Origin: an uncultured delta proteobacterium
GTDB taxonomy: Bacteria > Desulfobacterota > Deferrimicrobia > Deferrimicrobiales > Deferrimicrobiaceae
Assembly (NCBI GenBank): GCA_963811025.1
Contig: CAWEPX010000033.1
Coordinates: forward strand, 216,414 to 280,413
Reading direction: 5' to 3'
Length of the DNA: 64,000 nt
Of this stretch, positions 39,328-50,044 are shown in pieces. The notes beneath the pieces were generated by a model that was not told the origin of the DNA, did no database searches, and worked only from the letters and a program-made list of their open reading frames with translations. The position numbers and the translations under genes were made by a program. Numbering within the stretch: the first letter of the stretch is position 1; each line of letters opens with the position of its first letter.

Positions 39328-39828
39328 ATGAAGAAAGCGGAAATCTACATGGCTACTTTCTGGGCAGGGCTGTCCATTGCCATCATGATGGAGATCCAGG
39401 TAATTCCCGGCACGAAGCAGCCTATCGGCTGGGCAAGGGGCGTGGGTCCCCAGTCCGGTTGGTTCCCGTTCTATCTCGCCTTGATCATGTTGCTCTGCAG
39501 CCTGGTCGTCCTGATCCCGAAGCTTGTTCAAGCGGCAAGGGAAGGCCTGGCGGACAAGCCCTTTGTCAGCATGGATGGTCTGAAGGCTGTTCTCCGGGCA
39601 TTCGGCCCCATGCTCGCCTACGTTTGCACCCTGCCGTGGCTCGGGTTTTACCTCGGGTCCACGCTCTATCTCGTCTATGCACTCCGGTTTGTGGGAAAGC
39701 ATTCCTGGACGCTGTCGCTGGCGACCGGAATCCTTTTCAGTGCGGCGATCTTCACAATCTTTGAAAAGTATCTCCTGCTTACGCTGGCCAAGGGAGTTTT
39801 GGAACCGATTTTAAATAAGCTCCTTTAG
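39328..39828 (+). CDS. tctB: TTT small membrane subunit
   Basis: GW..GPQSGWFPF, 4-5 TM, LGFY; start may be 39295. Confidence 0.8.
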   Translation: MKKAEIYMATFWAGLSIAIMMEIQVIPGTKQPIGWARGVGPQSGWFPFYLALIMLLCSLVVLIPKLVQAAREGLADKPFVSMDGLKAVLRAFGPMLAYVCTLPWLGFYLGSTLYLVYALRFVGKHSWTLSLATGILFSAAIFTIFEKYLLLTLAKGVLEPILNKLL

Positions 39829-39844
39829 AAAAGGAGTCGATGTC

Positions 39845-41356
39845 ATGGCAGACATCCTGTCAGGTCTTGCGACCGGGATCGCTGTTACGTTCACTCCTTT
39901 CAATATGATGATTGGCTTTCTGGGGGTCGTTCTGGGAATGCTCTTCGGAATCCTTCCCGGACTGGGGCCCCTCAACGGCGTGGCGATCCTCCTTCCCGTG
40001 ACCTTCGTTCTGCCCCCCGAGTCCTCCATGATCTTCATCGCCGCCATTTATTATGCCGGAACCGCCGGAGGCGCCATTACCTCCATCAGTCTCAACATCC
40101 CGGGAACCCCCATGGCGGCGGCCACCTGTCTGGACGGGCACCCCATGGCCAAGAAAGGCGAGGGGGCCCTCGCCATTTTTACGGCCGCGACGGCCTCCTT
40201 GATCGGAGGGCTGCTGGCCTGCGTCGGATTCGTCTTCCTGGCTCCGCCCCTTGCCCGATACGCCCTTTTCTTCGGTCCGCCGGAGTTCTTTTCCCTGATG
40301 ATCGTCGCCTATGCCTGCTTCGCGGGACTGGGCGGAAAATCGGTGGTCAAGACCGTCATCATGACCGTCTTCGGCCTGATTTTAAGTTGCGTGGGAATGG
40401 ATTGCATGACGGGGAATGTCCGATTAACCTTCGGTTACATGGGATTTTACAATTCCATCACGTTTCTCACGGCTGTCGTGGGAATGTTCGGAATAGGCGA
40501 GGTTCTAACCACCGTGGAAAAAGGGATAAGAGGACAGGTCATCCATCCGAATGTAACGTGGAAGGATTACACCCTGTCCTTGAAATTGATCTGGAAGCAT
40601 AAAATCCTGGTATTGACCGATACCGTTCTGGGATTTCTGGTGGGGGTTCTCCCCGCGGCGGGTGCCACGCCAGCTTCTTTCATGGCCTACGGGTTCTCCA
40701 AATCGATGTCAAAACGACCCAAGGAATGGGGCACGGGCATACCGGAAGGCGTCATGGCCACGGAGTCGTCCAATCACGCTGCCAGCACCGGCGCTTTTGT
40801 TCCCATGGTGACACTGGGAATTCCCGGCTCGCCGCTGGCAGCCATCGTGCTGGGCGGGATGCTGATCTGGGGGCTTGTTCCGGGTCCCCGCCTGTTCATC
40901 GAACAACCGAAATTCGTATGGGGGCTTATCGTCTGCGGATTTGTCGTGAACATCCTGACCTACGTATTCGAGATTTCCCTGGTTCCCTTTCTCATGAAGG
41001 TCCTGAAAACCCCGTTTACCATCATGACCCCGATTATCGCCATTTTTTGCCTGATCACCGGCTACGTCCAGAATTTCGGCATGGTCGAGGTGTGGGAGGT
41101 TCTGGTGTTCGGCGTGCTGGGATATTTCTGCAAGAAGCTGGATTATCCCGTCGCCCCGCTCATCCTGGCCCTGGTTCTCGGCCCCATGACAGAGGAGTCT
41201 TTGCGTCAAAGTCTCCTCCAGTCCGGTGGGTCCCTGATGATCTTCGTTACGCATCCGATCTCTTGCGCTCTTCTGCTGATCTCGGCTGTTCTCTATGCGG
41301 TGCCGATCACGAAGAGCGTGCTGGATGCGAGGAGAAAAAAGCAGGAAGCCGCATAG
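39845..41356 (+). CDS. tctA: TTT large membrane subunit
   Basis: GILPGLG, NIPGTP, LDGHPMAK, TLGIPG, LVLGP. Confidence 0.9.
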   Translation: MADILSGLATGIAVTFTPFNMMIGFLGVVLGMLFGILPGLGPLNGVAILLPVTFVLPPESSMIFIAAIYYAGTAGGAITSISLNIPGTPMAAATCLDGHPMAKKGEGALAIFTAATASLIGGLLACVGFVFLAPPLARYALFFGPPEFFSLMIVAYACFAGLGGKSVVKTVIMTVFGLILSCVGMDCMTGNVRLTFGYMGFYNSITFLTAVVGMFGIGEVLTTVEKGIRGQVIHPNVTWKDYTLSLKLIWKHKILVLTDTVLGFLVGVLPAAGATPASFMAYGFSKSMSKRPKEWGTGIPEGVMATESSNHAASTGAFVPMVTLGIPGSPLAAIVLGGMLIWGLVPGPRLFIEQPKFVWGLIVCGFVVNILTYVFEISLVPFLMKVLKTPFTIMTPIIAIFCLITGYVQNFGMVEVWEVLVFGVLGYFCKKLDYPVAPLILALVLGPMTEESLRQSLLQSGGSLMIFVTHPISCALLLISAVLYAVPITKSVLDARRKKQEAA

Positions 41357-41404
41357 ATTTTTAGAGATTTCGGATTACCATTGGTATTGAGGAGGAGAGT
41401 GTTC

Positions 41405-42490
41405 GTGGAACCGATCAAAACGTTTGCCATCGAGCCTGTCGACGAGGTCAGGATTTACGACCTCCTGGGAGATTATGCCGGCGTTCAGGGGAGCCGGATC
41501 GAGGACAGGCACGGCAATGCGATTGTGAGATCCTTCGGGAACTACGATCTCTTTGGCCCGGAGAAAAGCTTCCTGGGGGCCCATGCGTTTGCGACGTATA
41601 TCCGGGTCACCAGGAACGGGAAATCCCGGTATCTTCTCTTCGACGTCGGCCAGAACGAAATTGCCTTTGCGTGGAACGTGAAGATGTTCTCCGCTCTCGA
41701 CGGGGATTTCGACCCGCAAAAAGCGGAGATGATCCTTATGAGTCACGGTCATTCGGATCATTTCCATAATCTGAACAAGGCCCTGGAAATCGTGAATCCC
41801 GGCGCGAAAAAAGAGATCCCGATATACGTCAGCGGGGAGAGCTTCTTTCGACCAAGAGCCAAAGTGTCCAAGGAATCCTTTCTGAACACGAAAGAATACA
41901 TCGTTCTCGCTCCCGATAAAAAAGAGGCGGAAAGGCGCGGGGGGAAATGGATCACCTCGGACGGCCCCGTTCTTCTCATGGACAATTCGGTGCTCTATCT
42001 CGGGAGCATTAGGCCCGCAGCCAAGAGGATGGGGATCGCGAAGGAGTACGAGATGAAACCCCGTCCCTGGCCGAAGTTCTTTGCATGCGATGAAAACGGC
42101 GATGTGATCGACCGAAGCACCGAAGATGACGCCGACGAGGACACCTCCATCGTCTTCCGCGTGAAAAACAAGGGGCTGGTTGTCGTCACCGCATGTTCCC
42201 ATGGCGGGGTGAACACCTCTCTTCTCTATGCCAAAACCGTGGCCGGTACGGACGACGTCTACTGTTACTACGGAGGGTTTCATCCCAATTCCGACGGGAA
42301 CGCGACGGGAAAAGACCTGCTCTCCCAGGGGATCCGCTACATCATCCCGACCCACTGCACTCCGTGGCCCCTTGTCAATTTTCTCTGGCAGGAGAACCGG
42401 AAATCGGAGGTCCCGTTCATGTTAACGAAGAACCACCTGGCCCCTGTCGGGAATGTGTATACGTTTTCCAGTTCCTATGAGGATCCCTGA
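41405..42490 (+). CDS. MBL-fold metallo-hydrolase (COG1237-like)
   Basis: LFDVG, SHGHSDH, TACSHGG, GGFH, PTHCT; GTG start inferred. Confidence 0.75.
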   Translation: MEPIKTFAIEPVDEVRIYDLLGDYAGVQGSRIEDRHGNAIVRSFGNYDLFGPEKSFLGAHAFATYIRVTRNGKSRYLLFDVGQNEIAFAWNVKMFSALDGDFDPQKAEMILMSHGHSDHFHNLNKALEIVNPGAKKEIPIYVSGESFFRPRAKVSKESFLNTKEYIVLAPDKKEAERRGGKWITSDGPVLLMDNSVLYLGSIRPAAKRMGIAKEYEMKPRPWPKFFACDENGDVIDRSTEDDADEDTSIVFRVKNKGLVVVTACSHGGVNTSLLYAKTVAGTDDVYCYYGGFHPNSDGNATGKDLLSQGIRYIIPTHCTPWPLVNFLWQENRKSEVPFMLTKNHLAPVGNVYTFSSSYEDP

Positions 42491-42585
42491 AGGATTTTCA
42501 TCTTTTCTCCCCAATTCCATTTCCCCCGTAGCGGATGCGGGAGATCGATACACGCCACTATGAATATTTTAGGAGCAAAGCGGAT

Positions 42586-43290
42586 ATGCAGAAAAAGCCA
42601 TTCGACGAACATGCGGAACAATACGATTCATGGTTTCTCCAGAATCGAAATGTCCTCGAATCGGAAGTTCTTCTGCTGAAACACTTCCTGAAATCTCCGG
42701 GAAGGAGCCTGGACGTCGGATGCGGAAGTGGACTGTTCGAGCATCTCCTGCGTACCGAACACGATATCGATATCCGCTTTGGGGTCGAACCGTCGGAGGA
42801 AATGGCACGCATTGCGGAAAAACGGGGGATGGAGGTAAAGCCCGGCGTCGCGGAGGAGCTGCCTTACGGAGATGGGGAATTCGACACGGTCCTTCTGAAT
42901 GGCACCCCGAGCTACATTACCGATCTGGGGAGAGCCTTTCGGGAAGCGTACCGTGTGCTGAAGCCGGGAGGCCATATTCTGGTGGCGGATGTGCCGGCCG
43001 AAAGTTCCTACGGACTCCTGTATCAGGTTGCTAAATCCTCGGATTCGTGGGAGGAACCGTATCTCAAAAAGGTTGCTCCGGAACACCCCTACCCGGTGGA
43101 ATTCACGAAGGCGGCGAATTGGAGAACCACGGAAGAGAAGGCCGGCATGCTCACGCATGCAGGGTTCGTGGATCTAGAACATGCACAGACGTTGACCCGC
43201 CACCCAAAATACTCGAACGATCTGGCGGAAGAACCGGTAGCCGGCTTTGATCGCGGCGATTATGTGGCAATTTATGCCCGGAAACCGTAA
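42586..43290 (+). CDS. Class I SAM-dependent methyltransferase
   Basis: YDSWF, LDVGCGSG, EAYRVLKPGG. Confidence 0.88.
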   Translation: MQKKPFDEHAEQYDSWFLQNRNVLESEVLLLKHFLKSPGRSLDVGCGSGLFEHLLRTEHDIDIRFGVEPSEEMARIAEKRGMEVKPGVAEELPYGDGEFDTVLLNGTPSYITDLGRAFREAYRVLKPGGHILVADVPAESSYGLLYQVAKSSDSWEEPYLKKVAPEHPYPVEFTKAANWRTTEEKAGMLTHAGFVDLEHAQTLTRHPKYSNDLAEEPVAGFDRGDYVAIYARKP

Positions 43291-43556
43291 CGGCTGGGCT
43301 TGGACCGATCCGGCCGGGGACGAACCGCCGCGAGACGAGTGCATCGTCTCGGAGTTCCCGTGTGCCCACGCGATCGACATCGCAGGAAACATTCTGACGT
43401 CAGAATCAAAATCGGCCCGATATTCGATTCCTTCCTTTTCCGGTATCTTTAAGGCGTGGAAACATGACAGCCGAAGCTTCCCGCAGTGAGGTTTTTTGAC
43501 CCATTGACCGGGCACTTTGCCAAGAGCCCCTGATATCCCAGGAAAGGAGGGATCTC

Positions 43557-45200
43557 ATGTCTGCCCAGGTTTCTCTCCATGGTAAACGCGGGGTTGATCT
43601 GCTGCACGATCCGGCATTGAACAAAGGAACAGCCTTCACCGAGGCGGAGCGTGACGGGTTGGGCCTGCGCGGCCTTCTTCCGGCACGCGTGTTCACGCAA
43701 GAGGGGCAAGTGGCGCGTGTTCTGGAGAACATCCGCCGAAAGACCAGCGACATCGAGAAGTACATCTTCCTGGTCTCGCTGCAGGACCGCAACGAGACCC
43801 TGTTCTACCGCGTGGTCATGGAAAACGTCGAGGAGATGGTACCTCTCATCTACACTCCGACGGTAGGGCAGGGCTGCCAGGAGTTCGGACACATTTTCCG
43901 CCGTCCGCGCGGGATGTTTATTACACACAAAGATCGGGGGCACGTCCGAGACCTTTTGAGGAATTGGCCCTACAGCGATATCCGCATGATCGTCGTCACC
44001 GACGGTGAACGTATCCTCGGCCTCGGCGATCTCGGCGCGAACGGCATGGGAATCCCGGGAGGAAAGCTCTCGTTGTACACCGCCTGCGCGGGCATCCATC
44101 CCGCGCAATGTCTGCCGGTAACGCTGGACGTCGGCACGAACAACGAGTCCCTGCTCAAGGATCCGCTTTACATCGGCCTGCCGGAGCGGCGCCTGCGCGG
44201 CGAGGCGTACGACGAATTGGTGGACGAGTTTGTCACCGGCGTGCAGGAGATTTTCCCGAAAGCCTGCATTCAGTTCGAAGACTTCGGCAATGCGAACGCC
44301 TTCCGGCTGTTGCATTGCTACCGGGACCGCGTCTGCACGTTCAATGACGACATTCAGGGTACGGCAAGCGTCTCGATGGCGGGGGTGTACTCGGCCCTGC
44401 GCATCATCGGAAACAAGTTGTCCGATCACAAATTCCTGTTCCTCGGCGCGGGTGAGGCCGGCATCGGCATCGGCGACCTGATCGTGATCGGTATGATGAG
44501 GGAGGGGATGTCGGAGCCCGAAGCCAGGCGCAAGTGCTGGTATGTGGACTCTAAGGGCCTCGTCATCAAGAGCCGGAAGGACCTTGTCGAGCACAAACGG
44601 CCTTACGCGCACGACCATGCGCCCGTCACCGATTTCCTGGCGGCCGTCGAATCGCTCGAGCCGACCGTCCTCATCGGCGTCTCCGGCATGCCGCGCACGT
44701 TCACGAAGCAGGTCGTCGAGGCGATGGCGCGCTTGAACCGGCGCCCGATCCTCTTCGCCCTCTCGAACCCCACCTCGAAATCGGAGTGCACGGCGGAGGA
44801 AGCCTATTCGTGGTCGGAGGGCCGCGCGATTTTCGCGAGCGGAAGCCCGTTTCCGCCGGTCACGGTCAAAGGCAAGACGTTCGTGCCCGGGCAGGGAAAC
44901 AACGCCTACATCTTCCCCGGCGTAGGGCTTGGCGCGGTAGCCAGCGAAGCTACGCGAGTGACCGACGATATGTTCTTCGCGGCCGCGAAAACGCTGGCGG
45001 ACCTGGTCTCGGAAGACGATCTCGCGGAAGGCCGCATCTATCCCGGCCTCGGCCGTATCCGGGAGGTGTCCGCCGCCATCGCCACGGCCGTTGCGGACGT
45101 CGCCTTCCAGCGCGGCTTGACAACGATGAGACGGCCGGCCGATCTGGCCGCGCATGTCAAGGCGAAGATGTACGACCCGACATACGTGGAGTACGTGTAG
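43557..45200 (+). CDS. maeA: Large-subunit NAD(P)-dependent malic enzyme
   Basis: NKGTAFT, IYTPTVG, VTDGERILGLGDLG, FNDDIQGT, GAGEAG, LSNPT. Confidence 0.92.
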   Translation: MSAQVSLHGKRGVDLLHDPALNKGTAFTEAERDGLGLRGLLPARVFTQEGQVARVLENIRRKTSDIEKYIFLVSLQDRNETLFYRVVMENVEEMVPLIYTPTVGQGCQEFGHIFRRPRGMFITHKDRGHVRDLLRNWPYSDIRMIVVTDGERILGLGDLGANGMGIPGGKLSLYTACAGIHPAQCLPVTLDVGTNNESLLKDPLYIGLPERRLRGEAYDELVDEFVTGVQEIFPKACIQFEDFGNANAFRLLHCYRDRVCTFNDDIQGTASVSMAGVYSALRIIGNKLSDHKFLFLGAGEAGIGIGDLIVIGMMREGMSEPEARRKCWYVDSKGLVIKSRKDLVEHKRPYAHDHAPVTDFLAAVESLEPTVLIGVSGMPRTFTKQVVEAMARLNRRPILFALSNPTSKSECTAEEAYSWSEGRAIFASGSPFPPVTVKGKTFVPGQGNNAYIFPGVGLGAVASEATRVTDDMFFAAAKTLADLVSEDDLAEGRIYPGLGRIREVSAAIATAVADVAFQRGLTTMRRPADLAAHVKAKMYDPTYVEYV

Positions 45201-45282
45201 CGAGGCGACAGGATCGCAGCGAAGCGGATGATACGGCATCGGCCGTCGTGTATCGGGGGGTCGAGGTCCCAGGGGGGTTGGG

Positions 45283-45317
45283 AAAAGGGGGTGCAAGTCG
45301 TCCGCCCTTGCACCCCC
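45283..45317 (-). terminator. Intrinsic terminator between convergent genes
   Basis: GGGGGTGCAAG-N9-CTTGCACCCCC 11-bp stem, preceded by AAAA (U-tract on minus strand). Confidence 0.6.
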
Positions 45318-45337
45318 GTGGGAAATTCCCAAGAAAG

Positions 45338-46312
45338 CTACTTTATCCAGCCTTGCGCCTTCATGATCTCGGTGTGCTTTTTCTCGTAATCCTCGCAGAA
45401 CTTCATCAGTGCGTCGCCGGTGATGAACTCCCTCTGCAGACCGGTTTTCTTTGCGAATGCTACCCAGTCCTTGTCCTCGGAGATCTTCCTGAACAGCCCC
45501 ACCATTCCGTCCTGGGCCTCCTTGGAGATGCCCGGGGGAGCGAAGATGGCCCGCATCATGTTGTAGCTGAAATCGATCCCTTCCTCCTTGGCGGTGGGGA
45601 CATTCTCGTAGCCCGGAATATCCAGTCGCTTATCCTGGAAGACGACCAGGGGGCGCAGGTAATCCGGGTAGAAGGAGCCCGCCTCGCTGACCTGGTTCAC
45701 GGTAGCCTCACACTGTTTGCCCACAAGATTCATGGCCACTTCGCCGCCGCCTTTGAAGGGGACGAACTTGAAGGGCTTTGTCTTGCCGATCTTCTCAATG
45801 GCACGGAAGACGATCTCATCCTCCTGCTTGGATCCCGTCCCGCAGACATTGATGCTCCTCTGCCTGGCTTCCTTTAAAAAATCGGCAAAGGTTTTGTACG
45901 GGCTGTCCTTGTGGACCCAAAGGGGGAAGTTATCCAGAGCCAGGAGTGCGATAGGGGTAAAATCACGGAACGTGAAGTGCAGATTCTGGAACAGGGGAGT
46001 GGTGATGAAGCTGTTCAGGGTGATCATCATCTGATAATCGTTTCCCTTGTTTCTCAGCACCGACTGCATGGCCACGGCCCCGGCCCCGCCGTCGAGGTTG
46101 ACGGGGAGAATCGGCTGGGGAATATATTTGTTTTTTATGTTAAGACCGATCAGGAACCGGGCGTATTGGTCTGCTCCTCCTCCCACGCCCGCGGGGATCA
46201 CGAATTCCACCGGTTTTTTCGGCCAGGCAGCCTCTGCTACCCCACCGAAAACAAAAAGAGATGCAACGAGAACCAGCAGCAGAACAGAACAGCGGGATCT
46301 TAGCGCTTCCAT
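45338..46312 (-). CDS. tctC: Second, orphan TTT substrate-binding protein
   Basis: Signal peptide, WPKKPVEFVIPAGVGGGAD, GTGSKQED, VPFKGGGEV. Confidence 0.85.
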   Translation of the reverse strand: MEALRSRCSVLLLVLVASLFVFGGVAEAAWPKKPVEFVIPAGVGGGADQYARFLIGLNIKNKYIPQPILPVNLDGGAGAVAMQSVLRNKGNDYQMMITLNSFITTPLFQNLHFTFRDFTPIALLALDNFPLWVHKDSPYKTFADFLKEARQRSINVCGTGSKQEDEIVFRAIEKIGKTKPFKFVPFKGGGEVAMNLVGKQCEATVNQVSEAGSFYPDYLRPLVVFQDKRLDIPGYENVPTAKEEGIDFSYNMMRAIFAPPGISKEAQDGMVGLFRKISEDKDWVAFAKKTGLQREFITGDALMKFCEDYEKKHTEIMKAQGWIK

Positions 46313-46612
46313 CTTCCCCGACCTCCCCTTACATAATGTGTGGAGCATGGACGAGAGTATTCAAGAATGCTGCAAGGGAATCAAGTTATATTTTTTCTTT
46401 AAATTCGGGAGTTTGAAGCGGATTCAGGGCCGGCCGTCCTGACCATGTATTTCGCGTACTTGCAACGTTTTCTCCTGTTTTATTCCTTGATCCGCAGCAT
46501 ATTCCCTTTGATTCCGGGCGGATTTCGGAAGGATGCGGATGGTGCAGGGTCCAAGGCGTAGCGCATGGGCCCGGTGTTGCCACAAGGCCGGAATGAAGGG
46601 AAAATCGATCCT

Positions 46613-47363
46613 ATGGACCCCCGGCGTATCCCGAAGAGGAAGAAACTCCTCGTATTGAGCGATATCCACGCCAATTACCCTGCGCTGAAGGCGATCGAAA
46701 AGCATGTCGACCCGGACCGGTTCGACCGGATCGTCTGCGCGGGCGACCTGACCGTGTACAGCACGTTTCCGAACGAGACGATCGAGTGGTTTCGCAGGAG
46801 AACGACACCTGTCTGCATCGCGGGGAATACCGATAAACGGGTGCTGTCGATTTTGAAGGGGAACCCCCCGGGGAAACCCAGGAAGGAAGAGAAGCGCGTA
46901 ATGTATTACTGGACATGCGAAAAGCTTCTTCCGGATAATAGGGAGTACCTGAAGTCCCTGCCGGAGGAAGCCGTTGTCACGATGGAGGGTCTCCGCATCC
47001 GAATCATCCACGGTGACTTCGACGGGGAAGAGGAAAACGCCTCGTCCCCGGGCAATCCGGAAAGCCGTTTCCGGACCCTGGCGAAAGAGTCGCCGTTCCA
47101 GGCGTATATCCTGGGGCACACCCACATCCCGTTCCATTCCATCGTCGACGGCGTTCACTTCATCAACCCGGGTAGCGTGGGGCGCCCGTTCGACGGGGAC
47201 CCGCGTTCGTCGTTCGCCGTACTGACGGTTTCCTCGGGGAAGATAACGGTGGAGCATTTCCGCATACCGTACTCCGTGGAAGAGGTGGTCAGAGGGTTGA
47301 AAAATAACGGGCTTCCGGAGAATATATGGGAAAATGTACCGGACAGGAAGAAAATTGAATTAG
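46613..47363 (+). CDS. Metallophosphoesterase (YfcE/MJ0936 family), +1 frameshift near 47321
   Basis: SDIHAN, AGD, AGNTD, GHTHIP, NPGSVG; removing one A gives LPEIYGKMYRTGRKLN* at TAG 47361-47363. Confidence 0.8.
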
Positions 47364-47380
47364 CCGGTACCGGAGTGGCC

Positions 47381-48328
47381 ATGAAAATCGCAAAAGGACA
47401 GGGTGGCCAGTCGGCGCAGATCATGGATGCGGTCAGGAAATCGGCGCCGAAAACAAAATCCGCCGATTCGAAAAAAAAGATTCAGAACATCCAGGATCTC
47501 TTAAAAAAGAAGGAAAAAGAGGAAATCGTCAAGCAGGCATTGAAATTCCATCACGAAACGGAGGAGTTGAAGCCGTATCAGGCGGAATTGATCAAGCTGC
47601 AGCGCCATCTGGAAAAAAGCGGAAAAAAAATGGTCATCCTGTTCGACGGGCGGGACGCATCCGGGAAAGGCGGAACGATCCGGCGGATCACCCGGTACAT
47701 GAACGAGAAACGATACCGCGTGGTCGCGCTGGGGAAGCCGACCGAGGACCAGAAAACGGAACTCCACATCAAGCGGTATATCGAGCACTTCCCGCGTGCG
47801 GGGGAGATCGTTCTGTTCGACAGGAGCTGGTACAACCGGGCCCTGGTGGAGCCGGTCATGGGATTTTGCACCGAGGATCAATACCGGAGATTCCTCAAGA
47901 AGGTCGTCACCTATGAGCAGAATTTCCTCGAGGATGCCGGCAGGACGATATTGCTGAAACTCTATTTTTCGGTCACCAGGGAGGAACAGAAGAAGCGTTT
48001 CGAAAGGAGAAAGAACGATCCCCTCCGGCAGTGGAAACTATCGGAAGTCGACCTGCAGGCGCAGAATCTCTGGGATGAATTCACCGAAAAGAAATTCATG
48101 CTGCTGAAAAAGACCCACACGAAACAGTCTCCCTGGTGGATCATCCGGTCCGACAACAAGCATCTGGCCAGGCGGGAGACGATGAAGCTGATCCTCAATT
48201 CGGTGCCGTACAAGGGAAGAAGCAGGGAACTCGATTTTACCCTGAATCCGGCGATCGTGATCCCGGGGGACAAGGAGCTGCGGATCATGAAGAAACAGCT
48301 GAAAAAACATGGGAAATTACTGGCATGA
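47381..48328 (+). CDS. ppk2: Polyphosphate kinase 2, copy 1
   Basis: FDGRDASGKGG, LFDRSWYNR, PLRQWKLS; own RBS GGAG. Confidence 0.92.
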   Translation: MKIAKGQGGQSAQIMDAVRKSAPKTKSADSKKKIQNIQDLLKKKEKEEIVKQALKFHHETEELKPYQAELIKLQRHLEKSGKKMVILFDGRDASGKGGTIRRITRYMNEKRYRVVALGKPTEDQKTELHIKRYIEHFPRAGEIVLFDRSWYNRALVEPVMGFCTEDQYRRFLKKVVTYEQNFLEDAGRTILLKLYFSVTREEQKKRFERRKNDPLRQWKLSEVDLQAQNLWDEFTEKKFMLLKKTHTKQSPWWIIRSDNKHLARRETMKLILNSVPYKGRSRELDFTLNPAIVIPGDKELRIMKKQLKKHGKLLA

Positions 48329-48382
48329 TTTCGAGCCGTTTCGGGCCGTCGAAGAGGATTGCGTTGTAAAAAGGGGGGCAAG

Positions 48383-49414
48383 ATGGCAAAGGGAAAAGCA
48401 GGGAAAGACAAAAAGAGGCACAAAGACGGGAAGGCGAAAAACCCGGGGAAAATTGCAGAGGTTATCGGGATAGAAGAGAAAAAGGCTGCGAAAGGGGAAG
48501 AGGGAAAAAAGAAAGAAGGGAAAAAAGGGGAGACAAAAGGGAAAAAGCGGAAGAAGGCATTAAAGGAACACACCGCGATAAGCTTCATCGACAAGAAAAA
48601 AGGAAAAAACCGCAAGGCTGTCTGGGTGAGTAAATTCACCCTCAAATACGAAGAGGAACTGCAAAAGTTGCAGATCGAGCTGTTGAAATGGCAGAAACAT
48701 GTCATCGCGAAAGAGCAGAAGGTCCTGTTGATTTTCGAGGGGCGCGATGCCGCCGGAAAGGGCGGGACGATCAAGAGAATCGTGGAGCATCTGAATCCAC
48801 GGGGCGCCCGGGTCGTCGCACTGCTGACGCCGAGCGACAGGGAACGGACGCAATGGTATTTTCAGCGATATTTCCAGCAGCTTCCCTCCGGTGGAGAAAT
48901 CGTGCTGTTCGACCGCAGCTGGTACAACCGGGCCATGGTGGAGCCGACGATGGGATTCTGTACGGATGAGGAACATAAACGGTTCTTGAAAGACGTGCCG
49001 TTGATCGAGGAGATTCTGGTCAAGAACGGGATCATCTTGTTCAAATTCTTTTTCTCCGTTTCCAAGGAAGAACAGATTCGCCGGTTCCAATCGAGGATGA
49101 AGGACCCCCTCAAGCAGTACAAGATCTCCCCGGTGGACAGGGAAGCCCAGGAAAAGTGGGATGATTACACCATAAGGAAGTTCCAGATGCTCAATGAAAC
49201 GAACCGGACCATTTCCCCCTGGACCATCATCCGTTCCGACAACAAGAAAAAGGCGAGGCTCAACTGCATCAAGCACATCCTTTCCAAAGTCGAGTATGAC
49301 AACAAGATCCCGCAGGAAGAACTCGAGATCGATCCCGAGGTCGTGGTGTCCGGCATCGAGGAGATCAAATACATGGAAGATCACCTCATGACGGGAATGG
49401 AATTGCCGGGATAA
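48383..49414 (+). CDS. ppk2: Polyphosphate kinase 2, copy 2, Lys-rich N-terminus
   Basis: FEGRDAAGKGG, LFDRSWYNR, PLKQYKISP. Confidence 0.92.
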   Translation: MAKGKAGKDKKRHKDGKAKNPGKIAEVIGIEEKKAAKGEEGKKKEGKKGETKGKKRKKALKEHTAISFIDKKKGKNRKAVWVSKFTLKYEEELQKLQIELLKWQKHVIAKEQKVLLIFEGRDAAGKGGTIKRIVEHLNPRGARVVALLTPSDRERTQWYFQRYFQQLPSGGEIVLFDRSWYNRAMVEPTMGFCTDEEHKRFLKDVPLIEEILVKNGIILFKFFFSVSKEEQIRRFQSRMKDPLKQYKISPVDREAQEKWDDYTIRKFQMLNETNRTISPWTIIRSDNKKKARLNCIKHILSKVEYDNKIPQEELEIDPEVVVSGIEEIKYMEDHLMTGMELPG

Positions 49415-49462
49415 TCCCGGGACGACAGAGCGGGTTTCAGGAGCCGACGGGATGATCGCCCG

Positions 49463-49972
49463 ATGAAAACCGTCTTCCTGGTGAGACACGCCAAATCGAG
49501 CTGGAAGGACAGCAGCCTGAAGGATTTCGACAGGCCCCTGAACAAACGGGGAAAACGGGATGCCCCCTTCATGGGGAAAAAGTTGAAGGAAAGGCAAGTG
49601 ATGCCGGACCTGATCCTGTCGAGCCCCGCGAAGAGGGCGAAGAAGACCGCCACTTCCATTGCCGCAGAGATCGGGTATCCCAGGAAGAGGATTCGATACG
49701 ACGACAGGATGTATCATTCCGGTGCAAGGGCACTGCTCGAAATCGTGAGAAACCAGGATGACGGTCATGGCACCATCATGCTGTTCGGGCACAATCCGGA
49801 TCTGGGTGACCTGGCGAAAATGTTGCTTGAAAAATGCCCGGTATATACTATCCCCACCACCGGCGTGTACGGCATCCGGTTTGCGGTATCCAGTTGGAAG
49901 AACGTACGCGAAGGAAAAGGGGAAACCGTCTTTTTTGATTATCCGAAACGCCACCTGGTGGATTCCGTTTGA
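49463..49972 (+). CDS. sixA: SixA-type histidine phosphatase
   Basis: LVRHAKS, DFDRPLN.RG, SSPAKRA, GHNP. Confidence 0.85.
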   Translation: MKTVFLVRHAKSSWKDSSLKDFDRPLNKRGKRDAPFMGKKLKERQVMPDLILSSPAKRAKKTATSIAAEIGYPRKRIRYDDRMYHSGARALLEIVRNQDDGHGTIMLFGHNPDLGDLAKMLLEKCPVYTIPTTGVYGIRFAVSSWKNVREGKGETVFFDYPKRHLVDSV

Positions 49973-50044
49973 CCCGGTCGTTTCCCCTCAGTCCCCGCAG
50001 GAACGCGACAAGAACCCTCTCTTCGACGAACAGAGGTCCCCGGA

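Noticed and set aside
46565-48328. Metallophosphoesterase-PPK2 fusion (587 aa)
   Set aside because: Removing one A near 47321 gives a natural C-terminus and stop at 47363; ppk2 has its own RBS and ATG at 47381.
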